Shown piece after piece: positions 15,920 through 24,106 of a stretch of DNA of 24,106 nucleotides (its first letter is position 1; each line of letters starts with the position of its first letter). Source of the DNA: a virus (Duplodnaviria; Caudoviricetes); IMG/VR virus record IMGVR_UViG_3300047272_000336, positions 1 to 24,106 of that record; one strand, 5' to 3'. The notes under the pieces were generated by a model. That model was not told the origin of the DNA. It did not search any database and saw only the letters and a list, made by a program, of their open reading frames with translations. The position numbers were made by a program, and so were the translations under genes.

Positions 15920-16891
15920 ATGGCATTCCCAAATGTAAGCGACATAGTCGCAACCACCATCCAAAACCGTTCGCGTCAAATCGCGGACAACGTTACTAAA
16001 AACAACGCCCTCTTGGCCCGTCTGAATCAGCGCGGTAATGTCAAGACCATCTCCGGCGGTAATGTAATTTTCGAAGAACTGTCTTTTGCTGAGAACGCAA
16101 ACGCCGGTTTCTATTCGGGTTACGACTTGCTGCCCGTGGCTGCTCAAGATGTCATCTCTGCTGCTGAATTCCAGATCAAGCAGTTCGCAGTTCCTGTCGT
16201 TATGAGCGGCTTGGAAATGTTGCAGAACAGCGGCAAAGAACAGTTCATCGACTTGCTCGAAGGCCGTTTAAATGTGGCCGAAAGCACCATGATGAACAAG
16301 TTGGCTCAGTCCATCTACTCTGACGGTACTGGCTCTGGCGGTAAAGAAGTCACCGGCTTGAACGCTGGCGTTCCTTCTGACCCCACTACCGGCACTTACG
16401 GTTCGATCGACCGTGCAACCTGGACCTTCTGGCGTTCAAAGTTGTATGACTTCAGCGCTCAAAGCGTGACCCCCAGCGCCACCACCATCCAAGCCGCAAT
16501 GAACTCGTTGTGGTCTTCTTTGGTTCGCGGTACTGACCGTCCCGACTTGATCGTGTTGGACAACAACTACTGGACTTACTACATGTCCAGCCTGCAAGCC
16601 CAACAACGCTTCACCAGCCCTGAAACCGGCAACCTTGGCTTCCCCACATTGAAGTTCATGGACGCTGATGTGGTGCTGGACGGCGGTATCGGCGGCTACT
16701 GCCCTGCCAACACCGGCTTCATGTTGAACACCAAGTACCTCAAGTGGCGTCCACATGCACAGCGCAACATGGTTCCGCTGTCGCCTAACCGTCGCTACGC
16801 CATCAACCAAGACGCAGAAGTGCAAATCTTGGCTTGGGCCGGCAACTTGACTTGCTCTGGTGCTCAGTTCCAAGGTCGCATCCAAAACTGA
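15920..16891 (+). CDS. Major capsid protein
   Basis: 323 aa after the scaffold; strong high-expression codon bias (GCT/TCT/CGT/ACT); HK97-fold-like pattern (IADNVTKNNALL, IYSDGTG, PDLIV). Confidence 0.9.
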   Translation: MAFPNVSDIVATTIQNRSRQIADNVTKNNALLARLNQRGNVKTISGGNVIFEELSFAENANAGFYSGYDLLPVAAQDVISAAEFQIKQFAVPVVMSGLEMLQNSGKEQFIDLLEGRLNVAESTMMNKLAQSIYSDGTGSGGKEVTGLNAGVPSDPTTGTYGSIDRATWTFWRSKLYDFSAQSVTPSATTIQAAMNSLWSSLVRGTDRPDLIVLDNNYWTYYMSSLQAQQRFTSPETGNLGFPTLKFMDADVVLDGGIGGYCPANTGFMLNTKYLKWRPHAQRNMVPLSPNRRYAINQDAEVQILAWAGNLTCSGAQFQGRIQN

Positions 16892-16920
16892 TTTTGGTAG
16901 GCCTGTCGTGGGTCACCCTT

Positions 16921-16959
16921 CCCGAGGGACTGGGGTGACCCACGCCCCTCGGGCTTTTT
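16921..16959 (+). terminator. Intrinsic terminator with a competing upstream antiterminator strand
   Basis: CCCGAGGG (16921-28) pairs with CCCTCGGG (16946-53), with an apical TGGG-GTGA-CCCA hairpin, followed by CTTTTT. Confidence 0.7.
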
Positions 16960-16975
16960 AACAAAGGAAATCATC

Positions 16976-17164
16976 ATGGCAGTAACTTACGGCGCAGCAG
17001 TATCTGCAAACGCTCCAGCGGTAGTCGATACCGCTGCCTCTCAAGACACAGGCGCAGTATGCGAAGGCATCGGCCTGACTGGTGCTGATGGCGCCAGCAT
17101 CGGCGGTTCTCGGATTGGTGGCTCTCCTGGCACCGATCTGAAAATCGAAACCAACGCGGCCTAA
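16976..17164 (+). CDS. Small Gly/Ala-rich putative virion protein (62 aa)
   Basis: AAGGA SD; capsid-like codon bias. Confidence 0.75.
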   Translation: MAVTYGAAVSANAPAVVDTAASQDTGAVCEGIGLTGADGASIGGSRIGGSPGTDLKIETNAA

Positions 17165-17193
17165 GAGTCGCTATCTAAAACAGAAAGAAAACC

Positions 17194-17808
17194 ATGCAAC
17201 CCACGACCCCTACTATCTTTGAGGACCCCTCAGATTTACCCATGCCCGACGAAAGTCGATTCGAGCATGACAACAAGTTGTACATCGAGTTCTCGCGTAA
17301 ACCGCGCCTCCACCCTGGCAAAAGCCGTGAGGAAGGCCGCGCCATTTACGAAGAGATCGACTACTTGCGCATCCATGTCCCAGGCGACAAATCGTCAGTC
17401 GTGGAGCGCCCAGTAAGCCAGCTCGACATTCAGCGCTTTGCTGACCGTTACAACAAGTGGAAAGCAGGACAAGCCGAGGCCGTCATTGGCACGCCCTTGA
17501 CTGCTCTGCCTGGCATGACCCCCGCGAAGGTTGAGGAATACAAGTATTTCAAGATCATCACGGTGGAGCAGTTGGCCGAAGCGAACGATGGCCTCGGCCA
17601 AAAGTTCATGTCCTTCAACCAGGACAAACAACGCGCCAAAGCATTCATGGAAGTCGCACGCAACAACGCGCCCATCGAAAAGATGAACGAAGAGTTGACC
17701 AAGCGCGACGCAGAAATCGAGAACCTCAAAACGATGGTAGAGGCTTTGCAGGCTGCTCAAACGAGCAAGACCCGCAAGGTTGCAGCAACAGCCGAAACGG
17801 CTGAGTAA
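17194..17808 (+). CDS. Conserved phage protein with HhH-like segment and C-terminal coiled coil
   Basis: TPLTALPGMTPAKVEEYKYFKIITVEQLAE segment; position between capsid and tail adaptor. Confidence 0.8.
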   Translation: MQPTTPTIFEDPSDLPMPDESRFEHDNKLYIEFSRKPRLHPGKSREEGRAIYEEIDYLRIHVPGDKSSVVERPVSQLDIQRFADRYNKWKAGQAEAVIGTPLTALPGMTPAKVEEYKYFKIITVEQLAEANDGLGQKFMSFNQDKQRAKAFMEVARNNAPIEKMNEELTKRDAEIENLKTMVEALQAAQTSKTRKVAATAETAE

Positions 17809-17824
17809 GTAAAGGGAGCGCGGG

Positions 17825-18583
17825 ATGCCGAGCTATCAAATCATCGACGACACATCGTTGTCGGCCATTGTTCAAAATGTGGCCGCGATGGTTGGGTATC
17901 CCCCGCCTGCCGATCCTGCTGGGTCAACTGACCCTGCGGTGATCCAGATGGTGCAGGCCGCGAACATGGCCGGCACAGAGCTGCTGTCGATGTACGACTG
18001 GCAGGAGCTCATCAAGTATTACGACATCTCAATCTATGCGGACACCAACGGCCAACGCGAAAAAGCGTTCGACCTGCCGGTGGACTTTTACGATTGGATC
18101 GATCAAACCAACTGGAACGCGACCACTCAGTTTCCCTCGCTGGGCCCCGTGTCTCCACAGATGTGGCAGCAGCTGCTGATCCGCATCACATTGCCCACCT
18201 TGTCCTTTTATTGGCAGGTGCGCGACAACAAGATTTATGTCTTAGCGCCCCCCAACGCGCCACAGACAATGAAGTTCTTCTACTTGTCGAACGCTTGGGT
18301 CCGCGACCAGGACAACAGCGATCTGTACAAGAACCGCATGACGAAGAACGGGGATGTGGCGTTGCTTGATGCGACGCTGATGATCCTCTACACCCGCGTC
18401 AAGTGGCTCGAGATGAAGGGCTTGGATTCAAGCGCTGCGATGCGCGACTTCCAGATCGCCTACGAGAACCGCAAGGCGTCCGAGAAGGGCGCATCTGTGT
18501 TGTCGATGGCTCGCGACTTCCGCATTCCCTACATCCAACCGCTCACCAACACGCCTGACACCGGCTACGGGGGGCTCGGCTGA
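17825..18583 (+). CDS. Head-tail adaptor / tail tubular protein A-like
   Basis: Size and position; YDWQEL, FDLPVDF and DVALLD segments; GGGAG SD. Confidence 0.7.
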   Translation: MPSYQIIDDTSLSAIVQNVAAMVGYPPPADPAGSTDPAVIQMVQAANMAGTELLSMYDWQELIKYYDISIYADTNGQREKAFDLPVDFYDWIDQTNWNATTQFPSLGPVSPQMWQQLLIRITLPTLSFYWQVRDNKIYVLAPPNAPQTMKFFYLSNAWVRDQDNSDLYKNRMTKNGDVALLDATLMILYTRVKWLEMKGLDSSAAMRDFQIAYENRKASEKGASVLSMARDFRIPYIQPLTNTPDTGYGGLG

Positions 18584-20190
18584 TGCCAGTCGTACCTCTC
18601 AAGCCATTCAAGACTCCGATCAAAGCGGCAGCTGGTCAGGTGTCTCAGCTGTTCAACACACCGCCCCCCACGGGCGGTTTGAATTTGCGCGACCCCATCA
18701 GCGAGATGTCACAGCTCGATGCGATCGTGCTCGACAACTTCATTGCGCGCCAGCAAGGCGTGGAGCTGCGCAAAGGCAGCCGCGTCCACACCGAAGCGCT
18801 CGAGGGCGTCACACAGTACGAATCGATCTTCTCTTACAACGCGGCTGACGCCGGCGAGAGCAAGGTTTTCGCCGCGTTTGATGGCGACATCTACGATGTG
18901 ACAGAAGACCCTGCCACGGTGTCGCAAAGCGCTACGGGTAGCGCCACCGATCAATGGTGGACGACTCAGTTCTCGACCACATCGGGCAGCTACTTGCTGG
19001 CCGTGTCGCCTGGCGCTGGGTATTGGACCTATGACGCAGCCAACGGCTGGGTTGATCGCACAGCGTTGACTGTTGGACTGCCAAACAATGTGCGTACAGT
19101 TTCCGTGTGGAAAGAGCGCATTTGGTTCACTTGCGAGGGTGACTCGGATGTTTATTACATGCGCGCGGTGAATGCCATTCAAGGGCATGCTGACGCATTC
19201 CCGATGGGCTCGGTCCTGCGCAATGGCGGTAGCGTGTCTGCCCTGGCCAACTGGACCATTGACTCAGGCTTCTCGGTAGACGATTTCCTAATTGTCATTG
19301 GCACAGAGGGCGACATCGGCGTGTGGTCAGGGACCGATCCCACCAGCGCCGACACCTTTGGCTTGAAGGGCGTTTGGTACATCGGCCCCGTGCCTCAATA
19401 CGGCGTGTATTTCACGCCCTTTGGCGGCGACATCATGATCTTGAGCCAACAGGGGCTGATTCCCCTGTCAAAGATCGTTGCAGGCCAATACAACGAGGCT
19501 GCGGCCAACACGATGCCTGCATCGAAGATTCAGCCCGCGTTGGTCAATGCGCTGACGCTGCTGAAAGATGTGCCCGCGTGGAATGTGATGATGGTCCCCA
19601 AGGAGAGCATCCTCATCATCAAGTTGCCTGTGGATGTGTACGGCCAGTATCAGCAGTTTGTGATGAACACCATCACCGGCGCTTGGTCCACCTTTTCAAA
19701 TCTGAAGATGGTGTGCACCACGCTCTTGGGTGGCCAGCTCTACTACGCCGACAACAATGGCCAGGTGGTCAAGGGCTTGTTTGGCCAGTTTGACAACGCA
19801 GACATCGACGGCAACAACGGGGCCGCGATCGAGGGCGATGTGCAGGCCTCGTTCAACTCGTACAACACGCCCGCGCAGCTCAAGAAGTTTCAGATGGTTC
19901 GCCCCATCTTCATCTCTCCCAGCGCGCCCAGCGTGAAGCTGCAACTCAACACGCAGTACGCGCTCAACAATGTGACCGGCGCGCCCGCGTTCACCGATCC
20001 GAGCAGCGGCATTTGGGACGGCAGCAACTGGAACCAGGCTTACTTTGCCGGCAGCGCCAACACTTACCAAGCGTGGGTGGGCGTTTTCGGTTTGGGTTAC
20101 TACGGCTCGCTGCGCATGAAGGTGAAGGGCCTGCCAGGCACGATCCTGACCTCCACGCATGTGATGTCCGAAATGGGGGGTGTCATGTGA
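18583..20190 (+). CDS. Tail nozzle / packaged-DNA stabilization protein (P22 gp10 or T7 gp12-like)
   Basis: N-terminal PPTGGLN...AIVLDNF...LRKG; beta-propeller-like composition; follows the adaptor. Confidence 0.78.
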   Translation: MPVVPLKPFKTPIKAAAGQVSQLFNTPPPTGGLNLRDPISEMSQLDAIVLDNFIARQQGVELRKGSRVHTEALEGVTQYESIFSYNAADAGESKVFAAFDGDIYDVTEDPATVSQSATGSATDQWWTTQFSTTSGSYLLAVSPGAGYWTYDAANGWVDRTALTVGLPNNVRTVSVWKERIWFTCEGDSDVYYMRAVNAIQGHADAFPMGSVLRNGGSVSALANWTIDSGFSVDDFLIVIGTEGDIGVWSGTDPTSADTFGLKGVWYIGPVPQYGVYFTPFGGDIMILSQQGLIPLSKIVAGQYNEAAANTMPASKIQPALVNALTLLKDVPAWNVMMVPKESILIIKLPVDVYGQYQQFVMNTITGAWSTFSNLKMVCTTLLGGQLYYADNNGQVVKGLFGQFDNADIDGNNGAAIEGDVQASFNSYNTPAQLKKFQMVRPIFISPSAPSVKLQLNTQYALNNVTGAPAFTDPSSGIWDGSNWNQAYFAGSANTYQAWVGVFGLGYYGSLRMKVKGLPGTILTSTHVMSEMGGVM

Positions 20191-20627
20191 AGTTGGTCAC
20201 CGACAAGCCAGGTCAGCCGCCAGTTGTTTGGCAATGGATGCATGAACGCACACATTTGCCATGGAGCAGCGACCTGCGTTGCATCGCCGCGATGCGCGAC
20301 GATGGGACAATCGCAAGTGCGGTGGCCTTCAATGCGTGGACCGAAAATGCGTGCTGGATGCATGTCGCGTTTGATGGTTCACACGGTTTAACGCGATCGC
20401 TTTGGCGTGCGGCTTTTGAGTATCCACTTGTCACCTGTGGCAAGGCTGCGGTTTACGGCCTCACACCAAAACGATTGACTGACGCGGTGGCGATGAATCG
20501 AAAACTCGGGTTTCGACAAATCGCTGAGACAGTTGATTGCATCATGTTTGAAATGACAGCCGACGAGTGTCGGTGGATTAAGGAGAACGCTCATGGGCGG
20601 CAAATCATCAGCACCAGCAGCGCCTGA
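20187..20627 (+). CDS. GNAT-fold acetyltransferase-like protein
   Basis: AVAMNRKLGFRQ motif. The GTG start at 20187 overlaps the nozzle stop. Typical position before ejection genes. Confidence 0.75.
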   Translation: MKLVTDKPGQPPVVWQWMHERTHLPWSSDLRCIAAMRDDGTIASAVAFNAWTENACWMHVAFDGSHGLTRSLWRAAFEYPLVTCGKAAVYGLTPKRLTDAVAMNRKLGFRQIAETVDCIMFEMTADECRWIKENAHGRQIISTSSA

Positions 20628-21909
20628 TTACACAGGTGCAGCCAAAGAGCAGGCGGCAGCGTCGCGTGAACTGACCGATGTGCAGAACTGGGCCAACCGA
20701 CCAACGCAAAACACGCCATGGGGCCGTGTCAGCTGGGACGCGCAAAAAGGCGTTGACCCTGCCACCGGCAAAGACATCACGCAATGGACGCAGAACACCA
20801 CGCTCAACCCACAGTTGCAGAGCGCGCTTGATGACCAGTTTGCATTGCAAGGTGGCCGCAGCGCGTTGGCTGGCAACTTCATGGGCCGTGTGGCTGATGA
20901 GTACAGCAAGCCGTTTGACTACAACAGCCTGCCCGCGATGGCCACCACGCCTGGCGTTGGCAATCTGCAAACGCAGACCAACAACTACACAGGCGGCCTG
21001 CAAACCGGCTTCAACTTTGGCCAGCCTTTGCCACAAGTCGATTCGTCCTATCGCGACAATGTGGCGAACCAACTCATGCAACGCATGCAGCCAACGCACG
21101 ACTACCAAACCAAGCAGCTCGAGACAAAGCTGGCCAACCAAGGCCTGCGCGCTGGCTCAGAGGCTTACAACCGCGCCATGAACCAGCTCGGCAACCAGCA
21201 GTCGCTCGAGCGCTTCAACGCGTTGGATCAGTCCGGCAACGAGGCACAGCGTCTGTACAACATGCAGATGCAAACAGCGCAGCAAGGCTTCAACCAAAAC
21301 CTTGGCGCGGCGCAATTCAACAACCAGGCATTGGGCCAAGCCTCGGCGCTGGACCTTGCACGCATGCAGGCGCAAAACCAAGCGGTGGGCCAACAGTACG
21401 GCCTCAATCAACAGGCTGCACAGTTCCAAAACCAGCTGCGTCAACAAGCGATTGCAGAGCAGGCGCAGCGTCGCGGCATGTCGTTGAACGAGATGAACGC
21501 GCTGTTGTCTGGCCAGCAAGTTGGCATGCCTCAGATGCCATCGTTCAACACCGCCCAGCGTTCGGAAACTCCCAACCTGTTGGGTGCGGCTCAGATGGGC
21601 TACGACGCACAGCTAGGCGCAGCAAACGCTCAGAACGCACAGTTTGGCAGCCTGCTCGGCGCGGGGGCTCAACTCGGTTCTGCTTACATGATGGGCCCAG
21701 GAGCTGGCGCGTTCAGTTTCTCTGATCGTCGCTTGAAGCGAAACATCAAGCGGGTGGGCACACATGAAATTGGTGTGGGCATTTACGAGTACACAATGAT
21801 GGGAATTGCACAACGCGGTGTGATTGCTCAAGAGGTCCAAAGCGTTCGTCCTGACTTGGTCAAGCGTCACGCAAATGGCTACTTGATGGTGAATTACGGA
21901 GGTCTGTGA
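20593..21909 (+). CDS. Putative DNA ejection/internal virion protein with C-terminal S74 intramolecular chaperone domain
   Basis: TAAGGAG SD; Gln/Asn-rich helical body, glycine-zipper segment, then SDRRLKRNI...GVIAQEV...VNY. Confidence 0.8.
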   Translation: MGGKSSAPAAPDYTGAAKEQAAASRELTDVQNWANRPTQNTPWGRVSWDAQKGVDPATGKDITQWTQNTTLNPQLQSALDDQFALQGGRSALAGNFMGRVADEYSKPFDYNSLPAMATTPGVGNLQTQTNNYTGGLQTGFNFGQPLPQVDSSYRDNVANQLMQRMQPTHDYQTKQLETKLANQGLRAGSEAYNRAMNQLGNQQSLERFNALDQSGNEAQRLYNMQMQTAQQGFNQNLGAAQFNNQALGQASALDLARMQAQNQAVGQQYGLNQQAAQFQNQLRQQAIAEQAQRRGMSLNEMNALLSGQQVGMPQMPSFNTAQRSETPNLLGAAQMGYDAQLGAANAQNAQFGSLLGAGAQLGSAYMMGPGAGAFSFSDRRLKRNIKRVGTHEIGVGIYEYTMMGIAQRGVIAQEVQSVRPDLVKRHANGYLMVNYGGL

Positions 21910-22283
21910 TGAATGACGATTTGATGTTTGACTACCTGTTGCAGATGGGCGCAATGCGTCCCGAGCAGGATGAATTGAAGCGCAAGCAAGCCATGGTTGA
22001 TGCTTTGCGCAAGACCGCGCTCACGCCAATGCAAGGCGAAATGGTTGGCAAACATTATGTTGCCCCAGGTCTTGCACAAGCTGCGGCTCAGTTGGGTACT
22101 GCCTACTTTGCAAACCAAGGCCAACAAGGTGTTGACCAAAGCATGCAAGGTATGAACGCACGCCAAGCGCAAATGCTCGATGAGCTGCGCAAGCGTCGCA
22201 AACCAGCAGCACCAATGAATGTGCAAGGCGCGCCCGTGGCTGCTGATCCTTACGCGCAATTCAGCTACGGCAACGAGGCTTGA
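21909..22283 (+). CDS. Small putative ejection protein
   Basis: TGATG overlap, GGAGG SD; PMQGEMVGKHYVAP and an amphipathic helix. Confidence 0.72.
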   Translation: MNDDLMFDYLLQMGAMRPEQDELKRKQAMVDALRKTALTPMQGEMVGKHYVAPGLAQAAAQLGTAYFANQGQQGVDQSMQGMNARQAQMLDELRKRRKPAAPMNVQGAPVAADPYAQFSYGNEA

Positions 22284-22285
22284 TC

Positions 22286-23488
22286 ATGGCTGAATACGAC
22301 ACCTATACCAACGAAGACGATGGAGTCGTCTTAAAAAAGGCGCGTGCAAAGTCGAAAGGCGGCATGCTGACTGACACCGTGCGCCCTGGTGATGCGGTGT
22401 CGTTGCCTCAAGCCCTGTCAAGCTATCGCCAGCGCGCTGCCGACCTGTACCAACAAGGCTCCGATCTTTACAACTCGGACCCTGACATCAGCCAGCTGCA
22501 AGAGTACGCAAAGACTCGCGGCCAAGAAGGCCAAGGGGCCATGCTTAACGCGTTGGCTGCACAGTTTGCCGGCGAGGGTTTCCAGCCCGTGCAAACCCAG
22601 TACCTCAAGCGTGCTGCGGCTGCGCAAGAGCCGCTCAAGCTCGCCGGCGGCATCCTGACTGACCAAGGCCAATTCATCAAAGACCCGTTTGCGGCTCAAG
22701 ACAAGCGCGCAGAGTTTTTGTTGCAGCAGGCCAAGGCTTACGAGCAGATGGCGCTCACCGCACAGACAGCGCAAGAGCGTCAGGCTGCCGAGCAGCAGTA
22801 CAAGATGATCATGGCCGGCATCGCTGGCATGAACGCACAAACCAACCGCATGAACGCCGGCGGCGGCATGCTGGGCGCTGGTGCTGCGACTCAGATCGGA
22901 TCAGGTCCAGAGAATCAACCGATCTTCCGACAGAACTCTGGTGCTTTGTTCACTTACGATCAGAACGGCATGCCTGTCGCATACAGCGGCCAAGTCAACC
23001 CCAGAGCCACCAGCGCACAACCCACCGAGGACGAGCGCAAGGCAGCGGGCTGGTACTTCCAGGCTGACAACGCACGCCGAAACATGGCCGGCATCATCGC
23101 CAAGAACCCTGGCGCTGCGTATCCCACCGTGCCCGAGCGCCTCACCGGCCTCGTTCCTGTGGTTGGTGCTGACATTCAAAACTCGCTGCGTCCAGAGGAC
23201 CGTCAGAAGTTTGTGCAGGCATCGGGCTCGATGGCCGAAGCGCTGTTGCGTGCTGCGACCGGTGCGGGCATCAACGCCTACGAAGCCGACCAAAAGGTCA
23301 AGGAGCTGGTCCCACAGCTGGGCGACAAGCCTGGAACCGTCCAGCAGAAGATGGACGCGTATCAGGTGTACATGGACTCGCTGCGCACTCGCGCTGGCCG
23401 CGCTATCCCTGGCAACACACCTAGTGGCGCACCACCTGCAAACGACGACCCGCTGAATATGTTCCCGCAAGGGCGGCCTGGAAAGTAA
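22286..23488 (+). CDS. Putative ejection/internal virion protein
   Basis: Ala/Gln-rich; PTEDERKAAG and ALLRAATGAGI motifs; GAGG SD before the ATG at 22286. Confidence 0.75.
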   Translation: MAEYDTYTNEDDGVVLKKARAKSKGGMLTDTVRPGDAVSLPQALSSYRQRAADLYQQGSDLYNSDPDISQLQEYAKTRGQEGQGAMLNALAAQFAGEGFQPVQTQYLKRAAAAQEPLKLAGGILTDQGQFIKDPFAAQDKRAEFLLQQAKAYEQMALTAQTAQERQAAEQQYKMIMAGIAGMNAQTNRMNAGGGMLGAGAATQIGSGPENQPIFRQNSGALFTYDQNGMPVAYSGQVNPRATSAQPTEDERKAAGWYFQADNARRNMAGIIAKNPGAAYPTVPERLTGLVPVVGADIQNSLRPEDRQKFVQASGSMAEALLRAATGAGINAYEADQKVKELVPQLGDKPGTVQQKMDAYQVYMDSLRTRAGRAIPGNTPSGAPPANDDPLNMFPQGRPGK

Positions 23489-23497
23489 GGGGTCGTC

Positions 23498-24106
23498 ATG
23501 GAAAAAATCAAAATGTCAGCGATCCGCGCTCAGTTCCCGATGTACGGGGATGTGAGCGATGAACAGTTGGCGATCGCCATTCGCAAGAAGTATTACCCCG
23601 ACATCCCATCGGGGCAGTTCTACAACAACATCGACTTTGACACCGAGCGCGAGCGCCGCCAAAAACAATTGGTGGACTCGATGTCTACCGGCGAAAAGTT
23701 TTTGGCCGGCATGGGCAAGTCGTTTGTGGACATCGGACGCACCGCCAAGCGCGTCGGCAACATGGTGGGCTTGGGCGATTACGACGAAGCAGCGGCCAAG
23801 GCCGATGCTGAGCTCGACAAGCCGTTGCTCGACACTACCGCAGGCTCGGTGGGCAAATTCACCGGCGATGTGGCCACAACCTTTTTGCCTGGCCTCGGCG
23901 CGGCAAACAAGATCACGCAAGGCGTGCGCACCGGCGCGGCCATGCTGCCTCGAGCAGCGCAAGCATTCACCCGTGGTGCAGCTCCCTACATCGGCGCTGC
24001 CGGTTCAGGCGCTGCCGTGGGTGCTGCCCTCACACCAGAGGACATGTCAGGCGGGGCAGGAATGGGGGCTATGGCAGGCGCTGCGGGCGAGCTGGGGGGT
24101 AGGGTG
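23498..24106 (+). CDS. Large ejection protein, N-terminal part (truncated by window end; not in ORF track)
   Basis: Open frame to the window end: MEKIKMSAIRAQFPMYGDVSDEQLAIAIRKKYYPD... followed by glycine-zipper segments; TAAGGGG SD. Confidence 0.85.
   Translation, partial: MEKIKMSAIRAQFPMYGDVSDEQLAIAIRKKYYPDIPSGQFYNNIDFDTERERRQKQLVDSMSTGEKFLAGMGKSFVDIGRTAKRVGNMVGLGDYDEAAAKADAELDKPLLDTTAGSVGKFTGDVATTFLPGLGAANKITQGVRTGAAMLPRAAQAFTRGAAPYIGAAGSGAAVGAALTPEDMSGGAGMGAMAGAAGELGGRV

Larger units (their letters stand above)
1..24106. mobile_element. Tailed phage/prophage genome segment (podovirus-like, probably temperate)
   Basis: Gene order is repressor/Cro switch, primase-helicase, TerS, TerL, portal, scaffold, capsid, tail adaptor/nozzle, ejection proteins. 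Genes are tightly packed with ATGA overlaps and no host housekeeping genes are present. Confidence 0.97.

Noticed and set aside
16907-16953. H-type pseudoknot or self-cleaving ribozyme
   Set aside because: A 1-nt loop cannot span a 12-bp stem, and no hammerhead or HDV core was recognised. It is treated as alternative folds instead.
16880-17164. Capsid C-terminal extension by readthrough or frameshift into the in-frame 62-aa ORF
   Set aside because: The ORF is in frame, but two stops (TGA 16889, TAG 16898) intervene. Both shifted frames stop before 16976, C-CAA-AAC is not a canonical slippery heptamer, and the small ORF has its own SD.
2500-23970. Numerous long antisense and alternate-frame ORFs in the track (e.g. 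2500..3288 -, 10189..10761 -, 11611..12339 +)
   Set aside because: They are shadows of real genes in GC-rich DNA, with no recognisable motifs, and they conflict with the operon structure.

Overview
This window is a continuous segment of a tailed dsDNA phage or prophage with podovirus-like (P22/T7-type) morphogenesis. The host is probably a proteobacterium (inference from gene content and a moderately high GC content estimated by eye). From left to right it contains: (1) a leftward early operon of small genes (11-1706), including a DUF3310-like and an NrdR-like Zn-ribbon protein; (2) a divergent repressor/Cro-like switch (1819-2725), with a 17-bp operator-like motif at three sites; (3) a RepB-type primase fused to an AAA helicase, small accessory ORFs, and an origin-like block of phased repeats around a large palindrome (6005-6193); (4) terminase small and large subunits, portal, accessory head-region genes (a repeat protein, a Dps/ferritin-like protein, a glycosylase-like protein), scaffold and major capsid; (5) tail adaptor and nozzle, a GNAT-like protein and ejection proteins, the last truncated by the window end. 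The most striking unexplained structures are two RNA elements flanking the major capsid gene. The upstream one is a multi-hairpin leader whose closing stem covers the capsid Shine-Dalgarno sequence. The downstream one is a mutually exclusive antiterminator/terminator pair just after the capsid stop codon. No integrase, endolysin, tRNA, rRNA or CRISPR array was seen. All family assignments come from motif recognition by eye, not from database searches.
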